A DNA stretch of 64,000 nucleotides from Octopus sinensis. Lineage: Eukaryota. The notes under the pieces are model-generated. The model searched no databases. It was given only the letters and a program-made list of their open reading frames with translations, and was not told the origin of the DNA. Positions 52,401 to 64,000 of this stretch are shown here, in pieces. Made by a program: the position numbers and the translations under genes. The stretch spans positions 136,648,001 to 136,712,000 of the forward strand of contig NC_042997.1 of assembly GCF_006345805.1 (NCBI RefSeq), written 5' to 3'. Each line of letters starts with the position of its first letter. Positions within the stretch are counted from its first letter, which is position 1.

Positions 52401-52914
52401 ATCGTCTGAGCAGGTCTCTGAGGCATTTGCATCCCCTTCTGTTTCTGTCTCTACCCACGTAGTCTACATGCGTGTCCAAGGTAGCATTCCAATCCCCCAC
52501 TAAGAGTAAAGGACGAGACGTTCCCAAGAATACTTCTAGACGTCGAAAGAAATCCGCCCGACCTGTTAAGGGCGGTGCGTAGACTGATACGAGTCGAAAA
52601 GCGCACCCATTGCTGCCGTCAACATCCAGAACGATCAGTGTACCCTCCGGGTCTACGAATATCGTCTTGACTTCGAGATCCAGGCTCTTGTGAAAAAGTA
52701 CCGCGGTGCCACTACCGCCCATCCTCGGCAGACAGGGAGCGAAATAAATGTTAAACTGTCCGCCAAACATGGACTTTAGGGCCCGTGGATCGTGGAGTCT
52801 GGTCTCACTTATGGCTATGATTCCCAAATCATGTGACTTGATGTCATTTAGGAGGTATCCTTGTTTCCAAGGAGACCCCAAGCCACGCGCATTCACACAA
52901 CCAATCTTGACCAT
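49479..52914 (-). CDS. Tx1 ORF2: apurinic endonuclease + reverse transcriptase + zinc finger, two frameshifts
   Basis: GCVNARGL, SETRL, VGDWNA, YLDRIL, TDHKLV (APE); DQSKAFDRV, RQGCP/LS, YADD (RT). Frameshifts near 50970 and 49790. Confidence 0.93.
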
Positions 52915-52959
52915 GATTCTATTGGGGTGTGTGCTTTAAAACACACAAATGAAAGTACA

Positions 52960-54691
52960 GAGAATTACTTACTTGTGTCGAAAGTTTTGGCTTCCTCGTT
53001 CTTTGATGTGTCTTCGAGGAGGTTTCTATATAGTTTTTGGGACAGATATTTCTGGAAACCCCCTACAGCATTTGAGAAGAGGGCTTTGAGTTTGTGGTGT
53101 TGTGTTTGTGTGATGTGTAGTATTTTGATGTGTTGGGTGGTGTAGTGCGTGGATGATTGCTATTTTTAAAGTCATCTTCACAAATGTTTGTGTATCCTGT
53201 GATGTACTCCATTAGTTTGGAGTCTTTTGTGTCTATCGCTGATAGCATTGTTTTTGTGGTGTTGGTGCTTGTTTTGTTGTGTATGGAGTTTTCAGGGTTC
53301 AGGTATCTCCCTGCTTTGGTTGCGATTTCTTGTTTGGTTTTTCTTGATCTTTTTCTTTTACCCCCTGTGGCTATTTGCCATTCTGTCGAACTTTCATCGT
53401 TAGATGAAAAGTCTGACGAATCAGCAGGGGGCAAGGGTAAAGCGTCTGGGTGTGTTTGTGCGGTTGTAGATATTGTTGTGGTGCGCGGGGAGGGTGTTGC
53501 TGGGGGGTTTGTTGTGGTTATTGTCTCTCCTACATCCTTGGTGCTTGTCTTCTTCGTTGTTATTCTTGGTGTTGGAATTGGTTTATTTGTTGTTGGTGGT
53601 GATGATTCTGTTCTTGGCGCTGGTGTTGGTGTTGTTTGGTTGGGTTGGCTTGTTCTTTGTTGTTTTTCCTGCATTCCGCATACAGCTTCTTGACTAGCTG
53701 TCCATATTGTGGTGTGGGCAATAATCCTGGCTTTTGTGATTTTTCCTGTGGCTGTTGTTGTTGTTGTAATTTTGCGGCAGATTTGCACTCCTTTTTGAGG
53801 TGTGCCTCACTTCCACATGTATAGCATCGTGGCCTTCTGCCCTCGACTACTACGTATAACTTGCGGCCATCCTCAAGATGTACGTGGGTGGGGATTTTAT
53901 TTATGTCCTCTTGACTTATGTGGAAGAGGAACTCTATTCTCTTTCCCAGCCAGTCCTTGTTTTCCGAAACACCGATATCTAGGATGTTTAAGTCCTCCAT
54001 TTCGGATGTTAAGGCGGATGTAATCCACAGTGTTGTAGTCACTTGGGGGACACCACTGATAATGACTTTCATCACCTTCTGGCCGAGGTAACTCGGTGTC
54101 AACGTTAGTTCATCAGAATGAAGGGTTATCGTTGAGAATTTCTTCGCCAACTCTTCATTCTGAAAAACCACCTGTACGTGTGCGAACTTGTTCGCCCAAG
54201 TCACACAATCCTTGTATCCCCAGATGGGGCGTAAGCACTTTTCGACTTTGTCTGTGCTTGCCTTTTCTGGACTTTTTGTTTTCTTATTTGTGATTTTATA
54301 TACAATTGTCTTTTTTTTCTCCTCATTCAGTATGTGCTGAGGTATGTGTAAGAGTATTTTTCCGTTTTGATTTGTAATAAGGTTTCTGCAATCTTTAATC
54401 TGTTGTGTAGTAAACGAAACTTTTGTTACCTTTTCTTTTATCGCCTCGGCGAAGTTTGTTGTTGTTTTGTTATTGTTGTTACTGCCGGTGGTGTTGGTGT
54501 TGATGGCAGGGGTGTGGGTTGTAGGTTTGTGGTTGCTGATTATGCAACTAGCAAGGGGTGGAAAATTGCCTGCGTAATTTAGTCCTGCATTAGCGCAAAT
54601 TTCGGCATTTCGTTTGCTTGTCGTCGTTATTTTTTCACTTGTTGGTGATGGAGTGAGCAGTGGTTGAAGGGAATTATTGTTGTCGTCGTCG

Positions 54692-54738
<47 letters not shown>

Positions 54739-55101
54739 ATTGTCGTTCTTGGTGACGGCGGTGGTGTTAGTAGTATTAGTAGCATTGACGGCACGGTCTT
54801 TGGTGGCGGTGATGGTGATGTTGGTATTGTTATTGGTGGCGACGTCTTTAGTAGGGATAGCAGTTTTAGTAGCAGATTCTGCCATGGTGTTGTTGTCGGT
54901 GTTGGTGGTGGTGGTGGTGGTGGACTCACTGATGGTGTTGACGGTGCTTGGCCTTGCGACCTTTGTTTTGTATTTGTTGCTGTTGTCGATGTTGATGGTG
55001 GCGGAGTTGTCAGGTTCAGCGTAAGGTAACAGAGCATCCTGTTTTTCTGCCTCTGCGTCACGCTTGACTTGCACCTCAGCCTCGTGGTGACCAGTGGCCA
55101 T
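52960..55101 (-). CDS. Tx1 ORF1 (RRM-like region + CYTCGSEAHLKKEC knuckle, low-complexity ends), frameshifted in its C-terminal part
   Basis: ATG at 55101 (aaaATGG). ORFs 53560-55131 and 53063-53788 overlap in different frames; the true end is approximate. Confidence 0.75.
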
Positions 55102-55291
55102 TTTGGAAATAAAATGGCTAAATGAAACCACGAAGGCTATGAGAATTTTTTCTTTTAAATTTTGCCCACAAGGGGCAAAATTTTGTGTAGATATTAATCA
55201 AGGTTTGCAGTGGATGTTGTTGCACAACTTTTAAACACAAAATATTTCACAATAAACAATTTTCAACGTACAAAATGACCAACTTACGTGG

Positions 55292-56480
<1,189 letters not shown>

Positions 56481-56570
56481 TAATCAAGATACCCTTGGGA
56501 TGAAGATTGGACTGCGGTATACACCTCGCTTGGATATTTACCACTTCCAAGATTCCACTCGCTATGAAAC

Positions 56571-56627
<57 letters not shown>

Positions 56628-56860
56628 AATATATATATGAGACAACGAAAAAGAATTTGTTTCTTATATATTTTGCTATATTGTTCTCCTATGACGAACA
56701 CAACAGTGATTAGCATATTCACGTTCGAATTTACCAAAACGTATCAAGAATAAATATGCAGGTCTCGTTTTGATTCTCGTTGTTCACGTTCATGTGGCGA
56801 TTTATTATCACTTGGCTGATATCAACAGGTATCAACAAATAACTTTTTTGCTGAAGTTAT

Positions 56861-57104
56861 TGTAGTGTGAATGATGAAGAGGACAACAGAAAAGGAGAAA
56901 GGAAATATGATTAGGTCTTACCTCGGCGAAGATTAGTCTACCAAACTCAGCGTCCAGTCGCTTCCGCGTCTCAGCTCGAACTGCCCCGCTTCGTTAATGC
57001 CACACGTGCGTCGTCCCTCACCGCTTCCGCTTCCTGCCGCGCATGCGCCCTGCAAGCCCTACTTCCGCCCTCCCCTATCTGTCGTCCTCTCCACCGACAC
57101 CACA
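56861..57104 (-). repeat. 3' LTR
   Basis: Preceded on the minus strand by a polypurine tract at 57105-57117. Confidence 0.97.
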
Positions 57105-58126
57105 CGCCCCCCCCCCTGATCTACAGATCATTGAACCGGCTTTCTCACTCGCTTCCCGCTCCCGAACTCGCACTTTAACTGGTTTCATAATCAGCCAACC
57201 AGGGAGGAGGGTGCCGTTCCCTCTGTGGTCGCAGTGCGACCCTAGGACTGGTTCCTGGTATGTTGCTGCTGGCCTCATCTTCCTGTCTACTGGTGTTGTT
57301 TTCATCTTGCCCACTGCTGCTGGTCCCATCCTCTGAAGCATGGACAATCCTCCGTATATCCAAAACATGGCGTGGCATACCATCGACCGAGATGTTATTC
57401 TTTGAATTTACAGAGGTTATTGTCCCCTTTCCCCATTGTGATGTACACCGTGCATTTGGGGGTTTTACCCAAACTTCTTCCCCGACCTGCACGAAGGCGT
57501 GCTCTTCCTCTGCCCCGGGTCGCATTGATGCAGTACACGGATGCCTCCACTCGTACCTGAATATTGCCCTGTGTGGCACCGACTCCTCAGCCTGTCCTGA
57601 TCTGGGCGACATATTGTACCAAAATACAGCCTCGATTGGTGAAATGTGACCCCTCTCTGCCATGGCCTTGATGGTACGATGATGCCTTTCCACCACCCCA
57701 TTTCCACTTGGCCGGTATGCCGCCCTGAAGAAGCGGTTTACCTTCCACCCATCAAGCATTTCTTTCAGCACATCCAAGCGAAATGCAGTGCCATTATCCA
57801 GAAGCAGTTCATCCACGGGGCCTCGTTCCAGGAATATCTCATTCAACACTTTCACAATTTCTTCTGCGGTCCCCGTCTTCATCTCCCTCCATATGGCCAA
57901 CCGCCCCAGTCCGCAGTCAACCATTGAGAGGTATGTCCCCTGCCGGTAGTGTGTTATGTCCACCGCCAGTCGTTTCCAGTCATGGTCCACTGGAATACTT
58001 CCCGCTTCATGCACGCCCGGAGCAGGGTCGATGGACTAGCACCTGTCACAACTGCTAACCACTCTCTGCACGCTCTGTCTTGTTACATCGGAGTCAACTT
58101 TTCTGGCTAGGAACAATGTCCTGTCC

Positions 58127-58346
58127 AAGGCGGCGAGCTGGCAGAAACGTTAGCACGCCGGGCGAAATGCTTAACGGTATTTCGTCTGCGTTACGTTGTG
58201 AGTTCAAATTCCGCCGAGGTCGACTTTGCCTTTCATCCTTTCGGGGTCGATAAATTAAGTACCAGTTACGCACTGGGGTCGATTTAATCGACTTAATACC
58301 TATGTATGTCCTTGTTTAGCCCCTTGTGGGTAATAAAGAAATAGGT
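58127..58346 (+). mobile_element. SINE family 2 (tail B) inserted antisense into Gypsy pol
   Basis: Same head and body as the 22.7 kb SINE, but the tail is gtccttgtttagccccttgtgggtaataaagaaataggt. Confidence 0.9.
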
Positions 58347-60210
58347 ATGCAGTCTCCGCAACTTCGAGTCGCTCAGACGGCATACTGCAGCTACAGCCTC
58401 CTTCGCATCCTCTGGCATCTGCAACCAGGCTCGCTTTACCCTGGTCAGGACGTCTGCCTTGTTCTTCTCGGAAGGCACAAAGATCACGCTCAGCTTCAGA
58501 TTGAACTCAGTGGTTAGTTCACGCAGTATTCCCAATCGACGCTTTACCAGCATCTCTGCCGCCCCTTTGGTCCGCACCCTCCGCTCATTGGTGATGACTG
58601 CTGTCACCCAACCAAGTACAGTGGCCGAATCAGTCCTGATTTCTATGGTGTGCAACCCCCACTTCAAGGCTAGGTTCACCCCCTTCAACACGGCATCCAA
58701 CTCCGCCACATTGATATGATTCCAGTCATCCGTCTTCCTGAGCCAGGCTGCATCTTCCACCATGACGCCTCCCACTTCTAAGACAACCCCTGTTGCGATG
58801 CTGCTGGCGTCACACCATACAATCCCGCTCTTTGATTTGGGAACATACCAGCTGCCTCTCACTGGGTCCTCTGCTCCTACTCTGACCAAGACTTCCTGCA
58901 TCATGTCGATCGTCTTCTCCCTCACTCTATCATTCCACTTCACTCCTTCGGCTCGTCTCTTGATGAAGCTACATGCTGTCCGGAGCCAACCTGCAATCAG
59001 GTAGTGTCCCACCAGCTTCCCACACACAGAGAACAGTTCCCGTCTACTTATGCTGGCGCCCAGTTCAGGGACCTCATTCCCTCGCCGGAACACCAACGCG
59101 CCGGCCTTGTCTCTCCATAGCTTGAGGCCCAGTGCAGCACCTCCCTCCATTGCCTCTGGTGGCTTGGCGATCAGTCCAAAACTCTTCAGGTGGCCTATGA
59201 CCTCCGTTGCTGGTATTACGGTTTCATCCACCAGAATGTCACCGATGTACGAATTGGTGGCCCTTTTTACTCTGTCCACCTTTCCCAGGATGGCCTTGAG
59301 AATTGTTGCCATAATCTTTGGCGCTGAATTCAGCACGAACCCCAACCTGGTCAGACAGTACGTCCGGCCCTTATACCTGACGAGCTGGTACTTCCACAAT
59401 TTCTCAGCCTCATGCACCTGTAGGTATGCCGACTTCAAATCAACAATCGTGGAGGCCCCTGTCATCTGCCTCCACTCTCGCAAGGTGTCTCCGCAGACAT
59501 CCGTGGCCTCGCCGCCTGTATGACACGATACGTGGTCATTCAGCTCCCGGAAGTCAAGCACTGGCCTGACCTTATGCTTTGTGGGCTGTATCACCGCCAT
59601 CAGTGGCAGGACTCCGCTCTCTTCTTTTTCCCAAGGGATCAATATGCCCTCCTTAATCCACCGCTCCACCTCCCCCTCGAACTCACTTCTGGTATCTCCT
59701 TTTAGAGTATGCTGATAGCAGCCCACTTTATTCTTTAACATCGGGGGCTCTCCCTTCCAGTGCCACTCCACTGTCCACCTCTTGCCATCAAAGACAGCCC
59801 GAAAATCCTGGTCTTCAATGGTGTGTGCAGCATGCTTTTCCTCACGGTTGTCACCGGTGCATGGTCTCGCCCAACACGGTTTCCCCGCTAACCCAAATGT
59901 TACACCAGCCTCGTTAACGGTGACACCTCCCAAGCGGGTGATTGCATCCATCCCCATCACCACGTCGATCTCGTCCACCAAGTGACCAACCACAATCGCT
60001 CGCAGCGTCAGCTGTAGTCCCTGCACCACAATCCGCGCATCTGTAACCCCTTTGCAGTGTACTTCTCTTCCGTCGACAGCTCTAACACTGCTTCCTCCAC
60101 TCCACGTCTCTGCCACTTCTGTAGTCATCAGAGTTGTTGTACAGCCCGTGTCCACAAGGGCTCGCGACATCTTCCCCTCCACCAGAATGTCGACCACAAG
60201 TAGCGACGAT

Positions 60211-60275
60211 AAGCGCGCTTCTACTGATCCGAGGGGACAACTACCGGCGCAGTAGTCTCCCGCAGTCCGTTTCCC
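60211..60275 (-). promoter_or_regulatory. -1 ribosomal frameshift signal (G GGA AAC + stem/pseudoknot)
   Basis: Slippery heptamer at 60269-75 is in the gag frame and a -1 shift enters the pol frame; 7-nt spacer then a 10-bp stem. Confidence 0.7.
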
Positions 60276-60960
60276 CGCAGACACTCGCTGGCTATATGCC
60301 CCGGCTCTCGACACCGGTAGCAAATCACCTCAGGCTTGGGTGACACGCAGTCATGCACCATGTGTGGACCTTGGCACCGGAAACACTGTCCTTTGAACGG
60401 TTGCACATGTTCTTTCTTTAGCCCCTCTCCGCTGCTCCTAGCTGGGCCACTTTTCGATGTTGCAGTCGCTGCTACCGACGTCATCATGCTGTACGAAACT
60501 AGTACGCGTGCCCGAGATATGATGTCCGCCATCGGCATCGAATGCACATTCGGAAGCTGCTGTAGCTCGACCGACATGTCGGGAAAGCCAGTCACGAACG
60601 CCAACCTAACCGTCCGGTCCAGCGACTCTCCCTCGTAACCCGCCAGTTTAGCCAATCTCCTAAGTTCATTGGCAAACACGTCCACCTGTTGCCCAGTCCA
60701 TCTTGTTCTACCCAGGCAAGCGTATGCCTCGAACATTCCCTCCGCAAAGGCCTCCATCAACCGGACTTCCACTTTCTCCGCGCTGAGTTGGTCTGTCTCT
60801 TCCATCTCTAAATACAACGCCAACGCCGGACCATCCAAGTACAGCGGCATGAAGCTCGCCAGGTCAGCTTCGCCACCAACTTCACTTTCTTCAGCCAAGC
60901 GACAACATTCGTGTCGCCGCAAAACGGTTTTATAATTTCGTGCGAAATACGGGCACTCAT
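60221..60960 (-). pseudogene. Gypsy gag (two zinc knuckles) with an early frameshift
   Basis: MSARISHEIIKPFCGDTNVVAWLKKVKLVAKL shifts into DLASFMPLYLDGPALALYLEM...CFRCQGPHMVHDC..CYRCREPGHIASEC. Confidence 0.85.
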
Positions 60961-61007
60961 CATCATTTTTATTTATAAAACCGTGTGAGAATTGTTTTGG
61001 TTTATAT

Positions 61008-61019
61008 GCCGAAATAGCT
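61008..61019 (-). promoter_or_regulatory. Atypical primer-binding site AGCTATTTCGGC, complementary to tRNA-Phe(GAA) nt 1-12
   Basis: + strand reads GCCGAAATAGCT directly joined to the LTR TG; metazoan tRNA-Phe begins GCCGAAATAGCTCAG. Confidence 0.7.
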
Positions 61020-61263
61020 TGTAGTGTGAATGATGAAGAGGACAACAGAAAAGGAGAAAGGAAATATGATTAGGTCTTACCTCGGCGAAGATTAGTCTAC
61101 CAAACTCAGCGTCCAGTCGCTTCCGCGTCTCAGCTCGAACTGCCCCGCTTCGTTGATGTCACACGTGCGTCGTCTCTCACCGCTTCCGCTTCCTGCCGTA
61201 CATGCGCCCTGCAAGCCCTACTTCCGCCCTCCCCTATCTGTCGTCCTCTCCACCGACACCACA
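61020..61263 (-). repeat. 5' LTR
   Basis: Differs from the 3' LTR at 5 of 244 positions. Confidence 0.97.
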
Positions 61264-61689
61264 GTTATAAACAAGAGCCCTGAACTGTTGTTAAATTCAT
61301 TGATGTAGCTTACCTTTACTCGACGAGACCCAATGATATCGAAACACTGGATTTTTCTTGAGTCTCCTTACACTAATAAATCGAGTGTGTTACGAACGCA
61401 TTCGTCTTAAAGGAAAAGCAGTTCTATGACAAAATACAACAGCTGTTAGCATAGTCACATTCGAATCTATCGGAATACATTAAGAATAGATATGCAAGTT
61501 AGCGTTGTATAAAATATTTATAATAATTTAAATTATATTGTAGTATCATATTTCATTGAACTTTTTTCTATTTGATATCATGTATAAACTAGAACAAAAC
61601 AGTAAATTCAAGTATGCACTTATTTTTAAAACAAGTATTTGCAATTGTAAAAGGTAACAAAGGTGAAAAAAAATGTCGCTTGCTCTTTG

Positions 61690-61701
61690 TCTGTCTGTTT
61701 G

Positions 61702-61736
<35 letters not shown>

Positions 61737-61754
61737 GTCTGTCTGTCTGTCTGT

Positions 61755-61809
<55 letters not shown>

Positions 61810-61836
61810 TCTATCTGTCTGTCTGTCTATCTCTAT
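61690..61836. repeat. Compound (TCTG)n(TCTA)n(TGGC)n microsatellite
   Basis: Direct inspection. Confidence 0.95.
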
Positions 61837-62067
61837 CTTTCAATGCTTATTGACATTTGCATTCACGTTATGCAATGATGCAAATTTTGTTTCAAAGATA
61901 TGTAAACAAGCTCTGTTTTCATGTGTCAGTTTTTGTTTGACATATTTAGATAGATGTTCGAGGTAAATATTACAATATCTTTGTTAGTGCTGATATATTT
62001 AATGCAGGGAGTATAAAAAGGTTAACGAAAAACGATTACAAAGTGAGGGAAAAGCAATATAACATAG

Positions 62068-62535
62068 TGTAGGGATTCGAACCCCAACCGCAAGATTTTC
62101 GGTTAAGGATCACGAGTGAGCCACCAGAGTTTCACGTGATTGGTCTATAAATCGACCAATCAGCGTGAAGCCGTCGCGTGATATGGTTTCTTGGATGACT
62201 TAAAATTCACTCCTTTTTCACCCTATAAAAACCATTTGGTGTCTAACTTAGCCAGACGACCTTGAGCATTCGAGTAGACTGAGTTGGACACTCAGTGAAG
62301 GCAGACTGCTAAGACTAGTCCGCCTCGGGCACTCGGAGAGACGACCTTGAGCAAGAAACGACTTTGGACACTCACACACAATGTGCCACAACTAGCCTTC
62401 TACGAACACAGTACGGTTCTCTCCTCCCGGTCGGCGGTTATTTTGTCAGCGTCTTTCTTTGATAAACTTCCAAAGCAATAAATCATGTCCGGCAATAGAT
62501 ATGTTAAAAGTTTGAGAGTTTACTCCGATATTACA
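62068..62535 (+). other. Solo-LTR-like or promoter-like island
   Basis: TGTAG...TTACA ends, paired CCAAT motifs, TATAAAA, AATAAA and an internal ~35-bp direct repeat; no TSD found. Confidence 0.35.
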
Positions 62536-62793
62536 CACGCTGCCAATTTGAGGAATCCAACAAGTCACAGGAGTATCTAAAAATAAAATCTCCTAACGCG
62601 AAATCCTCTCATTAATTTTCATATTATAAAATAAAATGTGTACAGAAGGATATTTTCGGCGTGGGGAGCAGCACTTCTACTTTTTGGCACGGAAATAACA
62701 ATTTTTAATTATACATTAAAGAATGGATTTCGAAAGAAATACGTTAGGAAATAAATAAGAATCGTAACAAGGTACGTTCTTATAAAAAATATT

Positions 62794-63150
62794 GGATCTT
62801 TTCGGTTTGAACGGCAGTTTTTAACATAATTTCTAGGTAACTAAAAAATTTTAAACTTCATATACTGGTAGAATGTGTTTATAAAACATATTTTTTCCTT
62901 TTGACTTTATTGAGAAAATTCTATAGTTTGTAAGATATTTGGTCTTTAATCTCTTGCATTTCGGCAATTTCAACCAATCAATGACCGTCTATTGAGGTGA
63001 AAACATTCTGTGCCGTATGAATATGTCCCACGTTTAAGAAACAGATTGGGTTTATTTACATTTGTGAAGAAAAAAAAGATACCCTTCCCCCACCCTTAAC
63101 CCTAACCCTAACCCTAAAACAGATTGAAGTGCAATAGACCGAAAAGATTC
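62794..63150. mobile_element. Mutator-like MITE, internally deleted copy
   Basis: 9-bp flanks AAAAATATT / AAAAATGTT; (CCCTAA)n inside. Confidence 0.85.
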
Positions 63151-63229
63151 AAAAATGTTCACTACAATGTAAGGAGTAGAGATGGAATGAAGATTATTGT
63201 GAGGATGAGGGACACTATTTTCTGTCTTA

Positions 63230-64000
63230 CAGTTTATCATCATCAACATCTACTTAAGATGCAAAGAACTCATAAAAAACTGGTGTTTATGTTTATTGTT
63301 CATCTCTTTGATCAGCTCAGTGTAGAAACCGACTTCAATGTAAACTATTTTTGTAATTCTTGTGTTACATTCACAATTAAGGTCATCAGTAAAAACAGAT
63401 CTTCTCCTACTAGTACCAACCCTTTGATGATATTCTTTGCAGTTAATTTACGTAGAATTGGTGGAGTTTCGTATTCTTATCCGTATTCTCAGCCTACTTT
63501 TGTTCTACCAGCATCAGTTGCTCGTTAAATAAACATTCTCTATGGAACACGAGAAACTGGACCATATCATCGTCTATGATTTCTTCAAACCTTTCATCAT
63601 TTGCAAGTGTAACGGTTAAATATGATGTGTGGTAGAAGCCAGGTCACCAAGAATGTAATGGATAAGTTTGTAGTTATTGAAGTCCTTCACTGGGTGGCAA
63701 CGCGTTGTTCAAAATATTGTGTCTAGCACTGTACCTTTCTACAGCAAACAAAAATGTTTGTAAACTAGTCTTCTAAAAGGCTTTTTGAAATCCAAGCCTT
63801 CTTATTTGAACACCAAATAAGAAACAGGTTAAAGAAGAAGGGGCTTCATCTTCATATCACCAGTGGTATTTATTTCCAGAAGAAACGTTGGACGGTTTTT
63901 GGAAGCTTTAAACCCTGGCGTTGATTTTTCTTCTTGAGAAATAATAGTTCTGTCAGACATGTGCTGCTAGAAAAGAGCAGTTATATAAAGATTGTTTACT
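63230..64000 (-). mobile_element. Degenerate Tigger/pogo transposase fragment
   Basis: Fragments GFKASKNRPTFLL..NTTGDMKMKPLL and SNKKAWISKSLF match DDE_1 pogo transposases; runs off the window. Confidence 0.7.

Larger units (their letters stand above)
49077..55291 (-). mobile_element. Apparently full-length Tx1-clade (L1 group) LINE, copy A, 6.2 kb
   Basis: ~190-nt 5'UTR, ORF1 with CCHC knuckle, ORF2 APE-RT-zinc finger, 3'UTR ending AATAAAGAAACA; (TATC)n on both sides and no poly(A). Confidence 0.95.
57175..60275 (-). pseudogene. Gypsy pol (protease LVDTG, RT, RNase H WCDAS, integrase) disrupted by SINE, stop codon and YIDD->YIGD change
   Basis: ORFs 58293-60323 and 57175-58014; TAG in the integrase zinc-finger region. 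Confidence 0.92.
56861..61263 (-). mobile_element. Complete Ty3/Gypsy provirus (inactivated)
   Basis: Two 244-bp TG...CA LTRs, 5-bp TSD GTTAT (56856-60, 61264-68), PPT AGGGGGGGGGCG, gag-PR-RT-RH-IN order. Confidence 0.97.

Overview
AT-rich, microsatellite-rich animal genomic DNA. The repeat landscape suggests a coleoid cephalopod, probably Octopus (inference). There is one host gene: a six-exon minus-strand desumoylating isopeptidase 1 (DESI1/PPPDE family, 17431->676, 212 aa, His/Cys dyad intact) with a CpG-depleted gene body. The other ~46 kb is a nest of mobile elements. These include two Tx1-clade LINEs inserted in tandem in a (GATA)n array that itself splits a Penelope GIY-YIG ORF, a complete Ty3/Gypsy provirus with 244-bp LTRs and a 5-bp TSD, and a mariner inside a Helitron. 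Also present are R4/Dong, RTE, older Tx1 and Gypsy relics, hAT and Tigger relics, several foldback MITEs, tRNA-derived SINEs and Penelope tails with minimal hammerhead motifs. Three signals stand out. (1) The Gypsy provirus has no conventional TGG primer-binding site; the 12 nt abutting its 5' LTR are the exact complement of the first 12 nt of metazoan tRNA-Phe, suggesting priming by a 5' tRNA fragment. (2) The Tx1 family appears specific for (GATA)n. (3) One SINE family carries two alternative 3' tails, each matching a different Tx1 family in this window. All calls were made by eye and no searches were run.
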